Shown: positions 25,560 to 34,066 of the stretch, in pieces
Numbering within the stretch: the stretch's first letter is position 1
Layout of the letters: every line of letters starts with the position of its first letter
DNA from: Bacillota bacterium
Lineage (GTDB): Bacteria > Bacillota_I > Bacilli_A > RFN20 > CAG-826
Reading direction: 5' to 3'
NCBI GenBank assembly: GCA_036822315.1
Contig: DAISHV010000002.1
Coordinates: forward strand, 1-47,475
DNA: 47,475 nucleotides
Translations under genes and position numbers: made by a program
Notes under the pieces: model-generated
Told to the model about the DNA's origin: nothing
What the model saw: only the letters and a program-made list of their open reading frames with translations
The model's database searches: none

Positions 25560-26776
25560 AAAAACTGGATTTGTCGAAGTGCAAATTTTTGAAAATGAAG
25601 ACGAACGACGCCCTCATTTATTTCGACCACAAAGAGCCTAAGGGCGTTACTCTCAACCATGTGGGCAAGATTTATGAAGAGCCGAAAACCAAGCGCCATT
25701 TCTACGCTGTTAAAGACGCCAACATCAAAATTCAACCTGGTGAATTCGTGACTTTGCTCGGTCCCTCAGGATGCGGCAAAACCACGATTCTTCGTATGAT
25801 CGCTGGCTTCGAAACGCCGGATGAAGGTGATATCTATCTCGGTGATACCGCGATTAACGCATTAGCTCCGAATGAACGCGATTCAGCGATGGTCTTTCAA
25901 AGCTATGCTCTTTTCCCGCACTATAACGTCTACGAGAACGTGGCTTATGGTTTAAAAATGCGTCGCCGGGTCGACGAAGAAGGCAACCGGACTCCCTTAA
26001 GCAAAGATGAGATCAAAGCCAAGGTCTCAGCGATGCTTGATCTTGTGCAGTTGAGCGGAATGGAAGAACGCATGACGAACCAACTCTCGGGCGGTCAGCA
26101 GCAACGCGTCGCTTTAGCCCGTGCCCTCGTTCTTAATCCTTCGGTTTTGCTTTTCGATGAGCCCTTAAGCAACCTTGATGCCAAACTTCGTATTTCGATG
26201 CGCACTGAGATTCGCGCCATTCAAAAGCGCGTTGGCATTACGGCGGTTTATGTCACTCACGATCAAAGCGAAGCTATGGCGATTTCCGATCGGATCATCA
26301 TCATGAACAAAGGTGTGATCCAACAAGTGGGTACCCCGACGGAGATTTACTATCATCCGGTCAGCGAATTCGTGGCCGACTTTATCGGCGAGGCGAACTT
26401 CCTTGAAGGGGTGGCGGTGGGAATCCCGAGCGCTGGCAAACTTCAAGTCGAAACGGAGCATCAACGCTATATCGTCGATAATTTGGGCAATTTGAAGCAG
26501 GGCGACGAAGTCAAACTCGTCTTGCGTCCGGAGTCGGTTCACCTCGATGATGGCAAAGGCATCGCCTGCAAAGTCGAAGTCTCGACTTTCATGGGTTCTT
26601 ACCAGCTCTATCACGTGAGGGTTGGAGAAAATCTTTTAAAGATTACCGAATACAATCCGCGCGGCAAAAAAATCTATGCGATTGGCGATACGGCTCACTT
26701 GGCCTTCAACGAGATTGACGTCCACATCCTGCCGAAACACGCTCCGGTCAATAACACGATCTATCTCGAAAAATAA
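25556..26776 (+). CDS. ABC importer ATP-binding protein (FbpC/PotA-like)
   Basis: 'GPSGCGKTT', 'LSGGQQQRVALARAL', 'LLFDEPLSNLD', plus a C-terminal TOBE-like domain. The start overlaps the permease stop (ATGA). Confidence 0.9.
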   Translation: MKKLDLSKCKFLKMKTNDALIYFDHKEPKGVTLNHVGKIYEEPKTKRHFYAVKDANIKIQPGEFVTLLGPSGCGKTTILRMIAGFETPDEGDIYLGDTAINALAPNERDSAMVFQSYALFPHYNVYENVAYGLKMRRRVDEEGNRTPLSKDEIKAKVSAMLDLVQLSGMEERMTNQLSGGQQQRVALARALVLNPSVLLFDEPLSNLDAKLRISMRTEIRAIQKRVGITAVYVTHDQSEAMAISDRIIIMNKGVIQQVGTPTEIYYHPVSEFVADFIGEANFLEGVAVGIPSAGKLQVETEHQRYIVDNLGNLKQGDEVKLVLRPESVHLDDGKGIACKVEVSTFMGSYQLYHVRVGENLLKITEYNPRGKKIYAIGDTAHLAFNEIDVHILPKHAPVNNTIYLEK

Positions 26777-26796
26777 TGCTGTGATTTCCTTTAATA

Positions 26797-26826
26797 AGCC
26801 GAGAGAGCAAGCTCTCGGCTTTTCTT
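26797..26826. terminator. Hairpin terminator between convergent genes
   Basis: AGCCGAGAG / CTCTCGGCT, a 9-bp perfect stem, followed by TTTCTTT. Confidence 0.75.
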
Positions 26827-26853
26827 TAATTTAAAGGGGTTTTGCTGGCGTTA

Positions 26854-27936
26854 TTAACGGATTTCATCTGAGAGGGCGAAGTCCCCTTTAACAATCCATC
26901 CCGCTTTGCGGAATAAGAGATCGATGAAGAATGTGAGGACGATGGGTGCGAGGACGCAGACAGCTAAGACTTCAAGAATCTTGATGGGATCATAAGCCAT
27001 AACATCGAAAGTATTGAGAAGCCCGACGAGGCCGCTTGTCCCCATTCCAGCGCCGACCGAGTCGGTCTTAAACGAAAGAAGAACGGCGAAGGGAGCAAGG
27101 AGGACGCTAACGATGATTGTCGGAAGCCAAATCAATGGCTTTTTGACAATGTTTTTGAATTGGAGCATCGAGGTTCCGAGCCCAACGGCTAGAACGCTGC
27201 CCCACTTGTTATCGTGGGCCGTGTGAACAGCAAAGCCCACCATTTGAGAGCAACAGCCGATTAAGGCGGCTCCGGCGGCTAAAGGCACCGAACCGATATT
27301 GATGGCAACGCAAATGGCGACCGAAGAAATCGGAGCGGTCAAGGCCATGCCGACGAGAAGAGAAACCAAGATGCACATGAGGTAAGGCACGGCGTTGAAG
27401 CTCAACTCAATGAGCTTACCAATCCCGACGGTAACGTAATGAACCCAATAGGAGAGCGTGTAAGTGAAAGCCATCGCCAAAGCCAGAGCCAAAAGCGGAA
27501 TCAAGATTAAGTCCACCGGAGTCCTTTTCGGATGGAGATAACGAACAGCGACATAGGCGATTAAAGCAGAAACATAACAGCAGAGGGGATCATTAATAAC
27601 AATAATGCCGGGCTTAAAGAAATCGAAAGCGAGATTGCCTAAGGCCCCAGCAGCCATTAAGGAAACGAGTTGAACTCCCGTCAGCTTTAATGAGAGGGCA
27701 ACGCCAAGGCCGATTCCGGCGCCCATTAAACTTTTGATGACGTTAGCGATGGTGCCGATTGAATCGAGATAAGGGATTTTGGCAAATAAACCGATAATCG
27801 TTCCAATAATCAGGGTGCCAAAAAGCCCGATGGCCATGCCGTTCGTGGTGGTGGCAAAAAAGCTCTTGGCGCTTTGAAAAAAGACTTTGATCCGTGGATT
27901 CTTAGGTTCGGGAGAGATGGTTTTGTCAGGGTCCAT
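26854..27936 (-). CDS. Polytopic permease, PTS EIIC_2-like
   Basis: 360 aa with about 10 TM segments. Gly-rich segments such as 'GMAIGLFGTLIIGTIIG' and 'LMGAGIGLGVALSL' are reminiscent of the stand-alone EIIC family. Confidence 0.45.
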   Translation of the reverse strand: MDPDKTISPEPKNPRIKVFFQSAKSFFATTTNGMAIGLFGTLIIGTIIGLFAKIPYLDSIGTIANVIKSLMGAGIGLGVALSLKLTGVQLVSLMAAGALGNLAFDFFKPGIIVINDPLCCYVSALIAYVAVRYLHPKRTPVDLILIPLLALALAMAFTYTLSYWVHYVTVGIGKLIELSFNAVPYLMCILVSLLVGMALTAPISSVAICVAINIGSVPLAAGAALIGCCSQMVGFAVHTAHDNKWGSVLAVGLGTSMLQFKNIVKKPLIWLPTIIVSVLLAPFAVLLSFKTDSVGAGMGTSGLVGLLNTFDVMAYDPIKILEVLAVCVLAPIVLTFFIDLLFRKAGWIVKGDFALSDEIR

Positions 27937-28150
27937 GGGGATAAAAAAGTATAAAAGAGAGTAAAGCGGAACGCAATCTTTGCTTAAAAAGCGGAAAGAA
28001 AAATTCCAATAACAATCTGTCCATGTATCAGGAAAAGTTTACGGACAATCGAAGGATATCAAATGGATAAAGAGGATTGAAAAGGTACTTGTGGATGAGG
28101 TCGAAGCGAGGAATGTCGGTTGCGAGTATGGGGAGTATGGCGCGGACTAA

Positions 28151-29056
28151 TTACATTTCGTTTTGTTGAACTTTCTTTTGATATGCTCTCGGAGAACAAC
28201 CTTTACTGCGACGGAAAAGTTCGCTGAAATAAGAAGGCGAGTCCAAGCCGACGTTCGATGCGATTTCGCTCATATTCATTTCCGATTCTTTTAAAAGATC
28301 CGTAGCTTTTTCAATCCGAAACGCGTTGAGATAGACAATCGGGGAAGAATGAAGATAATCGTGAAAGAGATGAATGGCATAACTGGAGCCAATCAATGCG
28401 GCGGATGCGATATCTTCAACGCTGATCTTTTCTTGATAATGGGAATAAAGAAAGGCAAGCATTTTCTTTAAGAGAAGCGTTTTCCCTGTCGAAGGCATCG
28501 TTAGCGTTTTTTCTTGCCCTCTCAAAGAAAGAAAGTCCGCCCAAAACGAATAGAGGTGGCTTAGAAGAAGCAAAGGAGAAGTGGGTTTTTTCTCTTCATC
28601 GAGCGAGAGCATCGTCATTAATTCGTTTTTCATAAGAGAGGAGTGTTTTTTAGAAAAGACGATGTAAGGAAGATTTTCTTCGTCAGTTAAGGGATCGAGG
28701 TAACTGCTTTTGATAAAGGAATTTGGTGAAAGAAGCGATGGCATAAAGACCAAACAGACATAGATGCTATCTTCGCCGTCGGGGCTGAAGCCGTAATGGA
28801 GAGTTTTCGAATTAATGAAAATGATGTCGCCTTCATTAAGCTGAACGATGTTGCCGTTGACGAAATAAGCTGGTCGCCCCTTTTCAACATAGAAAAATTC
28901 CATTTCTTTATGCCAGTGGCAGAGAACCCGTTTATCGGAATAATGCGAAAGAGCGCTCCTGATTAGAAAAAGAGGAAAGGCGGGATTCTCGTAATGTAAG
29001 ATTTCCGACTGATCGGGGAGAACGGTAATGCTTTCCATGGCCATAGTATAAAGCAA
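28151..29056 (-). CDS. AraC family transcriptional regulator
   Basis: N-terminal cupin-like half, then a C-terminal double HTH 'SVEDIASAALIGSSYAIHLF...MSEIASNVGLDSPSYFSELFRRSKGCSPRAY'. The start is ambiguous: TTG 29056 or ATG 29044. Confidence 0.85.
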   Translation of the reverse strand: MLYTMAMESITVLPDQSEILHYENPAFPLFLIRSALSHYSDKRVLCHWHKEMEFFYVEKGRPAYFVNGNIVQLNEGDIIFINSKTLHYGFSPDGEDSIYVCLVFMPSLLSPNSFIKSSYLDPLTDEENLPYIVFSKKHSSLMKNELMTMLSLDEEKKPTSPLLLLSHLYSFWADFLSLRGQEKTLTMPSTGKTLLLKKMLAFLYSHYQEKISVEDIASAALIGSSYAIHLFHDYLHSSPIVYLNAFRIEKATDLLKESEMNMSEIASNVGLDSPSYFSELFRRSKGCSPRAYQKKVQQNEM

Positions 29057-29142
29057 ATAGCAGTATTGTTATACTTTTAGCCAGAAAAGAGAAAGAAACA
29101 AACTCAAAAAAGCATTATCGTTTTGCTGTGGAGGAAAAAGAC

Positions 29143-29385
29143 ATGAATCAGCAAAGCAACTCTCAAGCCCGACCCTTTCCTTTTATGGCTGCCTTTTTAT
29201 CGACGCCAAAATGGGGCACTTTCTTTTATTACGCGAAGAGTCGAGAAGAACTCATAACGATTTTTGAGGCGCTATTGGATTTAGGCTTTGCGGTTATCGA
29301 GCAGCCCCACGAACTTTTCTCTGATGCGTTTTTAGCAAAAATGATGGACAATAAGGGGCGGGAAATTCTCTTAAAAAGCCGTTAA
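29143..29385 (+). CDS. Small protein, possibly a half-size VOC/glyoxalase-fold module
   Basis: 80 aa from ATG 29143, with a GGAGGA RBS. The resemblance is loose ('EELITIFEALLDLGFAVIEQP...DNKGREILL'). Confidence 0.3.
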   Translation: MNQQSNSQARPFPFMAAFLSTPKWGTFFYYAKSREELITIFEALLDLGFAVIEQPHELFSDAFLAKMMDNKGREILLKSR

Positions 29386-29443
29386 AACCCCATTGGATTT
29401 TGCAAAACGGACTTGATTTACTTCATCAAAAGGATGAAACAAC

Positions 29444-30637
29444 ATGCGTATCTTGTTATTGGCTTTGATCTATATCGCCTTTATCTCCTTGGGCCTTCCT
29501 GATGGCTTATTAGGGGCGGCTTGGCCCTCGATGTATCAAACGTTGTCGGTCCCTCTTTCTTTCGCTGGCTATGTGACGATGGTTATCGCGGGAGGCACGA
29601 TTATTTCTTCCCTGTCATGCGATCGGATTTCTCGAAAATTATCAACCCAATGGATTCTTGTGATCAGCGTCGCCCTTACGGCGATTGGCATTTTTGGTTT
29701 CTCCTTTTCGACAGCCTATTGGCAACTTTGCCTTTGGGCGATTCCCTATGGCTTAGGAGCGGGGGCGGTGGATAGTTCTCTCAACAATTATGTGTCGCTT
29801 CATTACAAATCTCGTCAGATGTCGTGGCTCCATTCTTTTTGGGGCGTTGGCGCGACCGTTGGTCCTTACATCGTCTCGCTTTGCTTAGGCCATTCGCTGG
29901 GCTGGGAATGGGGCTATCGCATCGTCGGCTTTATTCAGAGCGGTCTTGTCGTTATCTTGTTGCTATCAGAACCGCTGTGGGGGCTCAACGCGGAGGTGGC
30001 TCATAGCGATGAAAATCTTTCCGAACGTGAACACTTGGGCTTTTTCAAAACTTGGGGTCTTCCGGGTGCCGCTTTTGTCTTCTTATCGTTCTTCGCTTAT
30101 TGCGCCTTAGAATCAACGGCAGGCCTCTGGGCTGCTTCGTATTTCGTTATTTACCATGGTCTCAGCCCCGAGAAAGCCGCCTCCTGGGCTTCATTATTCT
30201 ATTTAGGCATCGCTGGAGGGCGGTTCCTTGATGGTTTTATTGCCAATCATTTTGGCGATCGAAAAATGGTTCGAATGGGTCTCATCCTGCTGGGAATCGG
30301 CTTGATTGTTCTTTCGCTTCCCTGGGGCGAATATACCCCGCTCGTTGGCCTTCTGATTGTCGGCTTGGGCTGCGCTCCGGTTTATCCGAGTTTAATTCAT
30401 GAAACCCCGATCAACTTTGGCCGAGAACATTCTCAAGAAGTTATCGGCATTCAAATGGCGACCGCTTATGTTGGTTCTACTTTCATGCCGCCTTTATTCG
30501 GCTTGCTCGTCAAAGTCATTCCAATGGAATGCTATCCGTATTATTTGATGGCGTTCTTCGCCATCTTAGTTACGATGAGCGAAGGGCTGAATCACGCAAC
30601 CAAAGAACGTTGGCTTGAGCAAAAACAGGCCCACTAA
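29444..30637 (+). CDS. MFS transporter
   Basis: 397 aa with 12 TM segments and an MFS-like loop 'DRISRK'. Confidence 0.8.
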   Translation: MRILLLALIYIAFISLGLPDGLLGAAWPSMYQTLSVPLSFAGYVTMVIAGGTIISSLSCDRISRKLSTQWILVISVALTAIGIFGFSFSTAYWQLCLWAIPYGLGAGAVDSSLNNYVSLHYKSRQMSWLHSFWGVGATVGPYIVSLCLGHSLGWEWGYRIVGFIQSGLVVILLLSEPLWGLNAEVAHSDENLSEREHLGFFKTWGLPGAAFVFLSFFAYCALESTAGLWAASYFVIYHGLSPEKAASWASLFYLGIAGGRFLDGFIANHFGDRKMVRMGLILLGIGLIVLSLPWGEYTPLVGLLIVGLGCAPVYPSLIHETPINFGREHSQEVIGIQMATAYVGSTFMPPLFGLLVKVIPMECYPYYLMAFFAILVTMSEGLNHATKERWLEQKQAH

Positions 30638-30712
30638 GTGAAAACCCCGCAAACCCCGATTCAATCAATGAGCATTAGCGGAGTTACTGGCAATATAAAT
30701 TCGGCGTGTAGC

Positions 30713-30898
30713 TCAGGAAGGGTTATCAGTAATATAGACTCGCTTGTCGGCAAAAGCAGGGTTATCAGTCACGTAAACCCAATCATCCGCTTCGGCTCCG
30801 TTTTGGCTCACGTAAACCCATTCGTCGGCTTGAGCGGAATCGTTCACGATGTAAACCCACATGGTTTTGGCCTCTTCAACTATCTTAACGCGAATCAT
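30713..30898 (-). CDS. 61-aa mini-protein built from 13-residue repeats ([WR]VY[IV]x[DNQ][DN]xxxAD[EDK])
   Basis: 'WVYIVNDSAQADE / WVYVSQNGAEADD / WVYVTDNPAFADK / RVYITDNPS'. It starts 21 nt downstream of the preceding gene on the same strand. Confidence 0.55.
   Translation of the reverse strand: MIRVKIVEEAKTMWVYIVNDSAQADEWVYVSQNGAEADDWVYVTDNPAFADKRVYITDNPS
30734..30898. repeat. Diverged tandem repeat with an exact 39-bp period (4-5 units), coding
   Basis: On the + strand, GTAAACCCA recurs at 30773, 30812 and 30851, and ATAGACTCG sits in phase at 30734. Confidence 0.8.
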
Positions 30899-30919
30899 CT
30901 TCGAGGGCTTGGAAAGACT

Positions 30920-31642
30920 TCAGCTAAGAAAATTGAATTCTTCGAGACAGATGGCCAGTTCTTGTTCGTCATTATGGAGGTGGGGATCAAGAAAGCCGCT
31001 ATCGAATAGTAGACTGCCATTTTCATCGAATTGCTTGAAGCGGAGCGAGAGAGAATCGTTGGGCTCGTGAGGGATGACAATTTCGCCTCTCGTGGGGAAG
31101 AAAGACTGGACATAGGTGTGATTGCCCCAAGTATGGGGATGCCAGAGTTGAGGTTGTTTTTTATATAGCAACACTTCACAACGACTTACTTTCTCATTTC
31201 CGTTTTTGTAGGTCAGGAGATAACTATTGCGTAGGTCTTTGATCCGAGGGGCGATGGCTTTCAAGGTTTCTTTTCGTCCGGGGATCGCTCGAAAAGCCAA
31301 CGTGAGGAAGCGCGGAGCTTCCTCTTGAGTACTGAAACTAATTTGTTTGGGGGCGTGCTGAAGGTCGACATCGAAAGAGGCGTAGTTGCCTTCCAGAGTT
31401 GCTTTGAGGTGTTGACCATCCTCTTGATCGACGAGGAAATGATCGAAGCGCTTTTCTCCAACGAAGATAACGAGGAGATGATTTTTTCCGGATCGATATA
31501 GAAAGGTCACCTCCCCTCCTTGGGGAACGGCCTCCTCTAAGTCCGTGGGTTCTTCCTCGACGAGGCGAGAAGCGCCAGGACGAAGAACGAATTTGATTTT
31601 CCGTGCCGAAAAGGCGGCGCTATAGGCCTTAAATTTATCCAT
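30920..31642 (-). CDS. Hypothetical cytoplasmic protein, no recognisable domain
   Basis: 240-aa ORF. The RBS AGGAGA overlaps the stop of the upstream gene (9-nt gap). No signal peptide or TM segment. Confidence 0.55.
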   Translation of the reverse strand: MDKFKAYSAAFSARKIKFVLRPGASRLVEEEPTDLEEAVPQGGEVTFLYRSGKNHLLVIFVGEKRFDHFLVDQEDGQHLKATLEGNYASFDVDLQHAPKQISFSTQEEAPRFLTLAFRAIPGRKETLKAIAPRIKDLRNSYLLTYKNGNEKVSRCEVLLYKKQPQLWHPHTWGNHTYVQSFFPTRGEIVIPHEPNDSLSLRFKQFDENGSLLFDSGFLDPHLHNDEQELAICLEEFNFLS

Positions 31643-31651
31643 GGCGTTCTC

Positions 31652-32554
31652 CTACTTGCTGATAACGGGTTCTTTTTTCTCGTTGATTCTAATCATGTCT
31701 TTGGCGACGCGATAGAAGAAGCTGGTTTTGGCGGTGTCTTTTTCAAAAGAAGGACTGCCGGGGACAAAGAGGTTGGTCCGTTCCGGATAGACCAGATTAC
31801 TGTAATAAGCTCCTTCGTCGATTAAGGCGATGATGAAGCGGTAGTAGTTCTCCGCGCTGGGATTGAGTTCTTCGAGGGTGGCGTTATAGACGCCTTCCGC
31901 CCGTTTGCGGCGCTCCACTTCGATGTTGTGGGCTTTCTCTTCGTCCTTTAAGCCGAAGATGCCCGGATGGATTTCGTCTTGGGGTAGTGATTTGACCGCT
32001 TCGATGTCTTTTTTGGCGTTGACTAGGGCAAGCTCAAAGAGGTCCCAGTCATCGAGCTCGGTAGCATCGAGAAGCTGAATCTCATTAGCGCATAAGCGCT
32101 TTAGAACATCCTTGGCCTTCTTCGCCACCAAGCGTTCATAAATAACGCCCAAAGAACCATCGCTATTCTTTTTGAAGCAGTTCATGTCGATGCCGCCATC
32201 GATGATGGTGGGCAAAATCCCATCGTCATAAGCGATGGCCAACCCCTCGAGGTATTTGCGGCAGGCGCTGACCATATCTTTTGCCGAGGCATTGAGGGCG
32301 AGGGCTTTCTCATAGGCGTTGATCTCTTTTTCGATGGCTTTATCGCCGTCGGATAAGACGCTGCCCGTCATGAGATAATCGATGGAGATGTTGAAGTATT
32401 GGCATAAGGATATGATTTGAGTCATATCCGGGGTGCCATCGCCATTCTCCCACTTGGAGACGGCTTTGTCGGTGACGTTCAAACTCTTGCCAAGTTCGGC
32501 TTGGCTGAGTCCCTTCATCTTACGTAAAAGGGCGATGCGTTCATTGATGGACAT
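31652..32554 (-). CDS. XRE-family HTH protein with ~230-aa C-terminal domain of unknown function
   Basis: 'INERIALLRKMKGLSQAELGKSLNVTDKAVSKWENGDGTPDMTQIISLCQYFNISIDYLMTG' is an HTH_3 domain. The remainder is unrecognised. Confidence 0.8.
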   Translation of the reverse strand: MSINERIALLRKMKGLSQAELGKSLNVTDKAVSKWENGDGTPDMTQIISLCQYFNISIDYLMTGSVLSDGDKAIEKEINAYEKALALNASAKDMVSACRKYLEGLAIAYDDGILPTIIDGGIDMNCFKKNSDGSLGVIYERLVAKKAKDVLKRLCANEIQLLDATELDDWDLFELALVNAKKDIEAVKSLPQDEIHPGIFGLKDEEKAHNIEVERRKRAEGVYNATLEELNPSAENYYRFIIALIDEGAYYSNLVYPERTNLFVPGSPSFEKDTAKTSFFYRVAKDMIRINEKKEPVISK

Positions 32555-32751
32555 GGATTTGTTCCTCCTGGCTATACTCTACGGAAGCGAGAGAGACTTT
32601 GGCAAACTACTCTACGAAGAGTTTATCTCAAAAAGAAGGAATCAAAATAAAAATTTATCCACGGATCGTGGAGTTAACGGAAAAACCTCGATGGCATCGA
32701 TTCTTATTTTGATGGGCTTTTTGCGGGGGGTTTTGAAAGAAGGGATAAGAA

Positions 32752-33915
32752 TTATCGCTTTTTTAAGCGACATTCGGCCAACCGGTCACGTAAGATTTTC
32801 GAATCCAAAGGAAGGCCATCAGGGAAATTAATGGCGTAAATCATCTCGCGGACCGCAACAAAATCTTTAATGTTATCTTCCATCGTTGCGAGTTGTTCAG
32901 GGCTTGGATGGTTAAAGTATTCATCCATGAAGGCTTGATAGAAGAGATGGCGGTGCGGCGTGTCGATTTTGGTGATGTGGGCGATCAGTTCGGCTGGTTC
33001 ATCCATCTTATAGAAACAATAGACTTGGCAGAGATCGTTATAAGGCGAGCCAATCGAGACGTCGCCCATATCGATGAACATCAGTTCGTTATCCGAAAGC
33101 ATGGTATTGCCAGGATGGAAATCACCGTGGACAATCGTGGTGGCCTCGGGCAAGCCCCTCAGCATCCATGACTTCATCATGCTCGCTTGGCGTGAGCCAA
33201 GTGGTCCGTTTGAAGAAATCAAATCCCAATAGTCATCCGTTTTGCGGGGGAGGCGGCTATTTTTGCCATCGATGGAATGGATCTGTTTGGCCAGCTTGGC
33301 GAAGGTGACGGCATAATCCGCGATATGATCTAAATCATTCTTCATTAAGCTAACGAGGTCTTTGGCGTGGAGCATCTCAAAGAGAATGCCAACGCGGTCT
33401 CCCACCTTAACGAGATCATAAGAAATCGGGGTTGGCACGCCTAAGACGAAGACGCGCTTGGCGTTATCTTTCTCTTTGAGGATCATGCCCAAATCCATGG
33501 TCGACTTATAAAGCTTCAAGATGGTTTCGTCATTCACTTTGTAGACATCCCCGCACATGCCACTTCCAATCACAGGTAGACCCGTGACATCGAATTCTTT
33601 GAAGGGTGGACGGATATCGACAAGCTCGTTAAAGCCCGTCATCTGGAACACTTCCATCAAGGCTGGCGAGGCGTTGGCTAACGTTAGTTTCTTTTCTTCG
33701 CTAACAAAGCGTTTGTTTAAAAAGAGAAAGACCCGGAGACCAGCGCTCGAGACATAATCCACTTTGGCGAGGTCAATGAGAAGCGAATCATACGAGGGGT
33801 TGGTGTCAAGGGCGGAAATAACCGCAGCCCGAAAGTCGGGGGCGGTGGAAGAATCGATTCGTCCCAAAGCCAATACGCTCAACGAGCCTTTGGCAAAAAG
33901 CGTTTTTGTTTCCAT
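32752..33915 (-). CDS. STAS domain fused to an APH/choline-kinase-like phosphotransferase domain
   Basis: N-terminal ~110 aa 'LIDLAKVDYVSSAGLRVFLFL...LMEVFQMTGF' is STAS-like. It is followed by 'VIGSGMCGDVYKV', 'ILKLYK', 'HGDFHPGN', 'IDMGD'. Confidence 0.75.
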   Translation of the reverse strand: METKTLFAKGSLSVLALGRIDSSTAPDFRAAVISALDTNPSYDSLLIDLAKVDYVSSAGLRVFLFLNKRFVSEEKKLTLANASPALMEVFQMTGFNELVDIRPPFKEFDVTGLPVIGSGMCGDVYKVNDETILKLYKSTMDLGMILKEKDNAKRVFVLGVPTPISYDLVKVGDRVGILFEMLHAKDLVSLMKNDLDHIADYAVTFAKLAKQIHSIDGKNSRLPRKTDDYWDLISSNGPLGSRQASMMKSWMLRGLPEATTIVHGDFHPGNTMLSDNELMFIDMGDVSIGSPYNDLCQVYCFYKMDEPAELIAHITKIDTPHRHLFYQAFMDEYFNHPSPEQLATMEDNIKDFVAVREMIYAINFPDGLPLDSKILRDRLAECRLKKR

Positions 33916-34013
33916 GGTGTTTGCTCTTTCTTCTAGTGAAGAATACTTGTCGTACTTTAACTTTTGTCGATACGGCGAAGGTATTGCAACCCCCTCATTT
34001 TCGCCTTGGACAA

Positions 34014-34047
34014 AGAAAAAGCGGACATTCTCGAGGAGAACATCCGC
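34014..34047 (-). terminator. Terminator downstream of the phosphoglucomutase gene
   Basis: 12-bp stem with 10 of 12 positions paired (34021-32 with 34036-47). The A-run at 34015-20 on the + strand gives a U-run on the minus-strand transcript. Confidence 0.55.
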
Positions 34048-34066
34048 TGTAAAGCAAGGGGGAAAA

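Noticed and set aside
30638-31009. 123-aa + strand ORF overlapping the repeat mini-protein
   Set aside because: It is kept open by the 39-bp periodic sequence. It starts with GTG directly at the MFS stop, has no RBS, and would run antisense into the 240-aa gene. The minus-strand reading fits the operon context better.
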